In this document: positions 58,236 to 64,000 of the stretch, in pieces
Layout: every line of letters begins with the position of its first letter
Position numbering within the stretch: the first letter of the stretch is position 1
The notes under the pieces: model-generated
The model's database searches: none
What the model was told of the DNA's origin: nothing
Seen by the model: only the letters and a program-made list of their open reading frames with translations
Program-made: the position numbers and the translations under genes
Assembly (NCBI GenBank): GCA_965262915.1
Contig: OZ253564.1
Span: 1,632,001-1,696,000 of the forward strand
DNA from: Candidatus Spongiisociaceae bacterium
Lineage (GTDB): Bacteria; Actinomycetota; Acidimicrobiia; Spongiisociales; Spongiisociaceae
DNA: 64,000 nt
Reading direction: 5' to 3'

Positions 58236-59987
58236 GTGCTTTCTCCAGAAGTATCGCTGCCGCCGCTTGCTCGGTGGCTTGACGAGTTGGTGGCCACCGA
58301 AGCCGCACTCCGCGATGTCCGCGACTCCGTGCGAGAGCGGTTATCTGACCGTGAAGAGCTGCACGCTATTGCTTGGGCCTTCGACTATCGGCTCGTTCTC
58401 GTCGAAGGTAAGAAACAACGGTCCAAAGAGGTGGGTCCGTTTCGTCCTTTGTGGGAGACGCCAAACGGCCAGTACCCGCCACCCTTTGAGGAGGTCGAGC
58501 CTGACGGGATGGCGCTCTGGGAGAAGCTCGGCAGGCTGGTCACGCACCCCTCTCTCCGCGCCCGTCTCCACGATCTGCTTTGGGAGCGGGAATAGTCTTC
58601 CGTCCCTTATACACACGCCCTCCAGGCGATCGATGCCTATTTAGAACTTGCTCCCACTACGGAGGACGGACTCGATTCCGCCAATGCGCTAGGCCGTGCG
58701 AGGTTGTTGGCTCGTCGGATCAACGACCATGCCCGTCTCCGTGACGCTGTTGACGCGGCATTTCGCCGAGCCGAAGTAGAACTATCGAGTGTCGATCCCA
58801 AGCCCGGCATCGTACTGAGGCTGCTGGACGTAGTGCTACATCATGTCGATGAGGATGCGAATCGTCACTTGGCTGAGAGGCTTTTGGAGCAGGCGAAGCG
58901 CACGTTCCAGGATCCGTGGATTCGTGATGACATCATCAGGCGCCAACTAAGCATCCCCGGTAGCCCCGAGCGGAAACAGGACCTGCGGTCCCAGGCAGTG
59001 GATCTGTGGCTCAAGGAGGCATCGGCCTTGTCCGGGGTGAAACGCACCTTGTTTCTAGAAGAGGCACTAAAGCGAGCCCAACGGTACGGTCTTCGAGAGA
59101 GTGCTGAAAAGATCCGGATAGAAATCCAGGAGAACGAACTAGACAGAGATGAGATGCAGAGCATCTCCGTCGATATGGAACTGCCACATGACCACATCGA
59201 GCAGACTCTCGTTTGGATCAGTTCCGGCGATAGCTGGGATGGCTGTCTAGAACGTCTGGTGGCGTTCGGTCCCTTGAGCGGGCACCTGCAGCACAATCTA
59301 GAGGCGGTACGCCGCAAGGCAGGGGAGTTCCCTCTGCTACGTCTAATGACCCACCGTGTGCTCGGCCCTTGGAACGAGACTCTCTTCACGCCGAGCAACG
59401 AGGAGCAATGGAATGAGCTCGAGTTATCCCGGTACGAGAAAGTCGGGATAGACATGGCCAGCTATGTCCTGGCTGAAGCGCTTGACCGCATCCATGCCTT
59501 CCACGGACTGCCAAAACGGCGAGAACTACAGTCGTTCTTCACTACATGCCTAATTGATAGAGAAGCCGCTGAGCGGATGGCGGCAGGCGTGGTGCATTAC
59601 ACACGGCGGCAGTTCGATGAGAGCATCCTAGTTCTCATCCCCCGCATTGAGGGAGTAATTCGCGAACTCGTTCGACAGCTAGGGGCGCCAATCTGGCGGG
59701 AACCTCGACCATTGAAGGAACGGCTTTCTTTCGGGAGGCAGATCTCTCTCGGGGACCTCTTGCGGACTCTTGGGGGCCATTTGGATGAAAACTGGCACCG
59801 GTACCTAACCACTCTATTCGTCAACCCACTCGGCTCGAACCTGCACAACCTGTATATGCACGGACTGTTACCACAAGGCACACGAGAGCATGCCGCAGCC
59901 ACCATCCACGCTGTTGGGTTTCTGGCTTCTCTCCGACTGTCGCACGACGAACAACGGAATACCGGGGATGAGAATGGTTCTCTATAG
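58236..59987 (+). pseudogene. DUF4209/HEPN-like protein interrupted by an in-frame TAG (58593-58595)
   Basis: ORFs 58236-58595 and 58704-59987 share a frame with an open linker; LIPRIE..IR and G.NLHNLYMHG motifs. Confidence 0.6.
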
Positions 59988-60198
59988 GAAGTCAGCCTTT
60001 AAGCATGGTTACGACCCTGAGGATATAGAGCGAGTGTTGGATCATCCCTTAAGCGTTCGGGAGGTTATCACCAGCAGAGGCTCCTCGGCGATATCCAAGA
60101 TCGGATTCGCGTCAAATTTGACCCTGATAGATGTACGCTATCGATATCATCCCCACAGCGGGGAGCGCGTAGTGTTTCACGCACAGAAGGTTCCCTAG
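59968..60198 (+). CDS. Small putative toxin (SAFKHG...VFHA type, BrnT/RelE-like)
   Basis: SAFKHG....DI..VL.HPL...IGF...VVFHA. Confidence 0.55.
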   Translation: MRMVLYRKSAFKHGYDPEDIERVLDHPLSVREVITSRGSSAISKIGFASNLTLIDVRYRYHPHSGERVVFHAQKVP

Positions 60199-60260
60199 GA
60201 GCCTGTGCGGCGGTAGAAGCCCTACCATCACCAGTAGGGACTCCTTGACTACGCGGGACA

Positions 60261-60545
60261 GTGAAACTACCGTTCGAAGCGATGACCACTCTGAACCCTC
60301 CCACCACCTTGGAAGAGCACGAGGAGCAGTTATTGGACCTAGAGAGGGCCTCGGAGTCAGGCGAGTTCGACTATGTTGGCCAAGAGGCAGTCGAATACCT
60401 GATCAGCCAGTTGCCGGATGGCTACGTTCTCGACGACGAGAACCGGGTGGTGCGACTGGACCCCAGCCTGCCGGATCATGTCTACATTCCCGCTCTCATC
60501 TTCGGCGTGCCGTCCGATCCAGTAAGAATCCCCGTCTACAGGTAG
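60261..60545 (+). CDS. Small hypothetical protein, homolog of 54485-54751
   Basis: YLISQLPDGY...LDPSLPDHVYI. Confidence 0.65.
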   Translation: MKLPFEAMTTLNPPTTLEEHEEQLLDLERASESGEFDYVGQEAVEYLISQLPDGYVLDDENRVVRLDPSLPDHVYIPALIFGVPSDPVRIPVYR

Positions 60546-61362
60546 CATTCACCTAGGTCCCCGTGGCGGAGACTGAGGGCGACGGGGTGACTTCCTCCCG
60601 GGTGTTCGTCCCGAGACTTGCCGGAACTCAGTGTCATGCCCCGAGTCTGGTGGGTCGCCGCAGCCGAGACTGGCCATGTGGTCGACCTCGGTGGTGGTCG
60701 TGTCGGTGTGTGGATCAGGGGTCGGCTTCCGGCGTGTGGTCCCGAATACAAAGACTACACGCCGCTGATTACAGGCAACTCCAGCGCGGGTGGACGGCCA
60801 GTGGATGGTCTCCTACTTCGCCTATTGCCGTATTCCGAGCCGCCTCGGTCCCGGCAAACAGATCTGCCCGAAGGATCCCCGCCCGCACATCGCTTCGGAG
60901 ACCGGAGTGCGGTCCGAGGGGTCCGGCACCTACGCCCCGTGGGACATATCGGACGCCGAGGCCGACGCTGTCCGCGATACCCCAGCCTGGTAGGGGGACG
61001 GGGAGGCGGCCAGGGTCTCGGTTCTTGTTGAAGTCAGCGATGTCAGCACCACCAGCCTGGACGGCTGCAACACCCCCCGGGAAGGGATGGAGGTTATCGA
61101 ACCGGCGGTGGCAAACGAGATTCGGATCAGGTCCGCCTAGACGCGAGTTGTACGCGACCTCACCCATTTCGGTCATGGTTTCTGTAGATCCGATATAGAG
61201 TGTTCTCCAATGGCGGCGATTTCGATATTGGGCAGTGGTTCCTCTTCCCACGACAGTCGACGGTGATGCGGATCGCGGCGAGCCGATCGGGCAGGAGACC
61301 GTCGTTGGTGTTTTCGGCCGTGGTTCGGTGCTGCGGTTGGGATCCGGCCCGGTGGTGCTGAG

Positions 61363-62184
61363 TTGAAGGCCACCGATCGTTGGCGGGCCGAGTTGGAGGC
61401 CTGGGTGATTCCCCAGAGCCTGCTTGACGCCGCAGAAGAGTCACCCTACGGGTGGGCGCCGTGCGTATGGGCACGCCTTTCCGCCGCTGCTCGCTCTGGA
61501 CCGCCCCCGATCACCTTCGAGATCGTCCGGGACTTGCTCGGCGAGCACGGTTCGGTGCTCGATGTCGGAGCGGGGAGGGGACGGGCCTCCTTGCCGCTGG
61601 CGGTGTTGGGTCATGACCTCACCGCTGTGGAGCCCGACACCGGAATGGCAGATGGTTTTGAAGAAGATGCGGCCCGACTCGGTGTTTCCGCCCGGCTGGT
61701 CCGGGGACGCTGGCCGGAAGCGGCGGGGGAGATCCCGGAGGCAGATGTTGTCATGTCGGCTCATGTCGTCTATGACGTACCGGGCATCGGCCCGTTTCTC
61801 GCCGCTCTCAACGACACCGCCCGGCGTGCCGTGGTAATCGAGATGACGGATCGCCACCCCCGAGTCGCCACGGCCCTCCTCTTCCGCGCCGTCCACGGTG
61901 TCGACCGTCCGGGAGGCCCGTCGGTTGACGATCTGGCTGCGGCGATCGTCGAGGAACTTGGCATCCGCCCCAATGTGGAGCGGTGGGAACGACCCGGGAC
62001 GATTTGGTTCGAGAGTTGGGATGAGATACTCGCCTTCTACGGGCGACGGCTGACCCTGCCAATAGCCCGACGCCCCGAGTTACGGCCCCTCCTGGAGTCG
62101 CAGGTCACCGAGAAGAACGGCCGGCTATACGTCGGGGACCGGGAGGGGCAACACTGCACCCTGTGGTGGCGTACTGATCAATGA
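61363..62184 (+). CDS. Class I SAM-dependent methyltransferase
   Basis: VLDVGAGRG, ADVVMSAHVVYDV. Confidence 0.82.
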   Translation: MKATDRWRAELEAWVIPQSLLDAAEESPYGWAPCVWARLSAAARSGPPPITFEIVRDLLGEHGSVLDVGAGRGRASLPLAVLGHDLTAVEPDTGMADGFEEDAARLGVSARLVRGRWPEAAGEIPEADVVMSAHVVYDVPGIGPFLAALNDTARRAVVIEMTDRHPRVATALLFRAVHGVDRPGGPSVDDLAAAIVEELGIRPNVERWERPGTIWFESWDEILAFYGRRLTLPIARRPELRPLLESQVTEKNGRLYVGDREGQHCTLWWRTDQ

Positions 62185-62329
62185 AAGCGCCGGACGCGCA
62201 GGGTCTGGCTACCAAATGGCAGTGTGGCGTGCGCCGGGGCTGGCATTCGTAGCATGGCCCGACGCCCGCCGATCAGGCATTCCCTGGATGAGCGATGGGC
62301 CAACCCTTTGCCCGTCTTGGGGCCCATTC

Positions 62330-62434
62330 CTAGGAGGGTGGTCAAAAACCCCTTAGCGGCCCGTCGACCGATGACATAATGCCTGTTCAGAGGAAGACGG
62401 GCCGTTGCTCCCCCCGTCTTACACACCTTCCTAG
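62330..62434. repeat. MITE-like repeat family B, copy 2
   Basis: CTAGGAGGGTG...CACCTTCCTAG; matches 7582-7688. Confidence 0.7.
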
Positions 62435-64000
62435 CCGGCTTGGTCGGCGAAGCGCCAGAACCGGGTCACCCCGGACGCAATGGCCAGGTCCCGCTCCCGG
62501 AAATCCTGGTCACTGCGGTAGCGGATCGTGAGTGACCACTGCCACACGCCGGGGAACGGCAATCCCCACACGCAGTCGACGTCGACGCGGTCACCCGGTT
62601 CGCAGTCGCCGCCCAGCCACTTCTCGTCCTCGGGGTTCCCGAGGCCGACCCGCTGCATCAGCCGGCGCCCGTCGGCCTCGACGGCAGCCCGCTGGTCCGA
62701 CGACATGGCCTGCCACTGGCGGTGCATCGCCGCTGACACCTGCCGGATATCCGACAGGTCGTTGTCGAACCAGGGGAACAACGGCCGTGCCGCCGAGATG
62801 ATCGCCGCCATCCGCCACTCGCAGCCCGTCGTGTCCGTCACGGCCAGGTCCTCATCCGAGGTCCACCACGGCCAGATGCGCGGGCTGCCCCCACCCACCC
62901 CGGGGTCGCCCGTCGTGATCAGGTAGCTGTCGCCGCCGGGTACGCCGCCGTGGGCGCCGGTCCGGGGGACGTCGGTACGCCACCCCACCGACTCGCGGAC
63001 GCGGGCTATCTGGTCGCTGGGAATCGTCCGGGAGCACGCGATAGCGTCCGGACCGGGCAGGACCTCGAAGGAGCAGTCGATGTCCTCCACGCCGTCGGGA
63101 CGGGGTGACGGCCGCAGCGTTCCCTCCCACAGCCCCTCGGCGGTCGGTGTCCCCGACAGCTCCTGCGCCCAGATCCCGCTCACTCGTCGGAACCGCATTC
63201 GCATCCCGTCCGGTTCGTCCCCCGACCAGATATGCACCGTCGCGCCGTCGGCCACCGGCAGGATCCGGGTGTAGGAATGCCCGACCGTGAACGTCCAATC
63301 GCAGATACCCGACCAGCCCGGCGGAGTCGCCTCCACCACATAGAACGTACACGTCGTCCGGGGCAGGTCGGCGTACGCCACCTCGTCGATCACCGCCGTC
63401 CAGGACACTGCCCAAGTGCCCTCCAACGCCGGTGACCCCCGCACCCGGTTCCCCTCCCGCGCCAGCCCGGGCGGCAGCGACCCCGACGAGTAACGATCCA
63501 CCCGCGGCCCCACCAACCGAGGCATCGCCAGGTCATAGTTCCGGTCAACCTCCAAGAAGAACTCACACACTTCGGGATTCCAACTGCCGGGGTCCACCAC
63601 GATCGTGCAGGGCGTCTCATACCTGGCTCGCCCCACCCGAGCAACGACCTTCCCCCTGTAAGAGCCGTGGGACAGCGCCGTGCCGTACAAGAACGCCTCT
63701 CCCTCACCCCGCCCGGAGAGTATCCCGCGAGGCCGACGCCCCGAGTACCGATGATCGTCGTCGATGCTCGATCCCAGGTAGAACGGCAGATAGATCTCCG
63801 GATACTCCCGGTCCCCGTAATACTCACCCAGCTCCAACTCCTCATAGCATGGACCCGACCAGCCCGAAGTCGTCTGCGGCTGAGTAGTGACCGTCGTGCC
63901 CTCCCGCACCCGGAACACGCACGCCAACGTCAGAGGGTCCCCACTCGACACCGACGCCGTGATCGTCCCACGAGACACCTGCAGCGAGTTACCGTTCGAC
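62431..64000 (-). CDS. Large putative extracellular protein with Ig-like repeats (5' partial)
   Basis: Long ORF apparently running off the window; GSLPPGL....N.V.GSP...GTW putative-Ig pattern repeated. Confidence 0.5.
   Translation of the reverse strand, partial: SNGNSLQVSRGTITASVSSGDPLTLACVFRVREGTTVTTQPQTTSGWSGPCYEELELGEYYGDREYPEIYLPFYLGSSIDDDHRYSGRRPRGILSGRGEGEAFLYGTALSHGSYRGKVVARVGRARYETPCTIVVDPGSWNPEVCEFFLEVDRNYDLAMPRLVGPRVDRYSSGSLPPGLAREGNRVRGSPALEGTWAVSWTAVIDEVAYADLPRTTCTFYVVEATPPGWSGICDWTFTVGHSYTRILPVADGATVHIWSGDEPDGMRMRFRRVSGIWAQELSGTPTAEGLWEGTLRPSPRPDGVEDIDCSFEVLPGPDAIACSRTIPSDQIARVRESVGWRTDVPRTGAHGGVPGGDSYLITTGDPGVGGGSPRIWPWWTSDEDLAVTDTTGCEWRMAAIISAARPLFPWFDNDLSDIRQVSAAMHRQWQAMSSDQRAAVEADGRRLMQRVGLGNPEDEKWLGGDCEPGDRVDVDCVWGLPFPGVWQWSLTIRYRSDQDFRERDLAIASGVTRFWRFADQAG

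Noticed and set aside
60563-61300. Several overlapping short ORFs
   Set aside because: Could not choose a coding frame or family from sequence alone

Overview
High-GC (actinobacterial-looking, possibly Acidimicrobiia; this is inference) window in three parts. (1) 1-29.4 kb: catabolic and transport genes (TauABC-type and sugar ABC transporters, cytochrome P450, amidohydrolase, three VOC proteins, SDR, Zn-ADH, M24 peptidase, 2-oxoacid dehydrogenase E1 alpha/beta, PRTase, MscS, USP), a Fic gene, two small MITE-like repeat families and a heptamer microsatellite. (2) tRNA(CAT), probably Ile2, at 29506-29579, followed immediately by a 28.2-kb head-to-tail array (29584-57799) of six units of one mobile-element family. 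The canonical ends are 12-bp terminal inverted repeats GGGGTCTTCGCG...CGCGAAGACCCC, intact junctions have 5-bp spacers, and the array is flanked by a perfect ACAGC duplication that overlaps the tRNA 3' end. Two units encode a coupled gene pair: an IS4/IS5-superfamily-like DDE transposase (YREK motif) and a tyrosine-recombinase-fold protein lacking its catalytic residues. The other four units are non-autonomous and carry toxin-antitoxin cargo, and unit 1 also carries restriction-modification-like cargo. This apparently tRNA-targeted, tandem-accumulating DDE transposon with a dead-recombinase partner is the main candidate undescribed system. (3) 57.8-64 kb: decayed accessory genes, a methyltransferase and a partial Ig-like surface protein. 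All family assignments are from motif recognition by eye; no searches were run.
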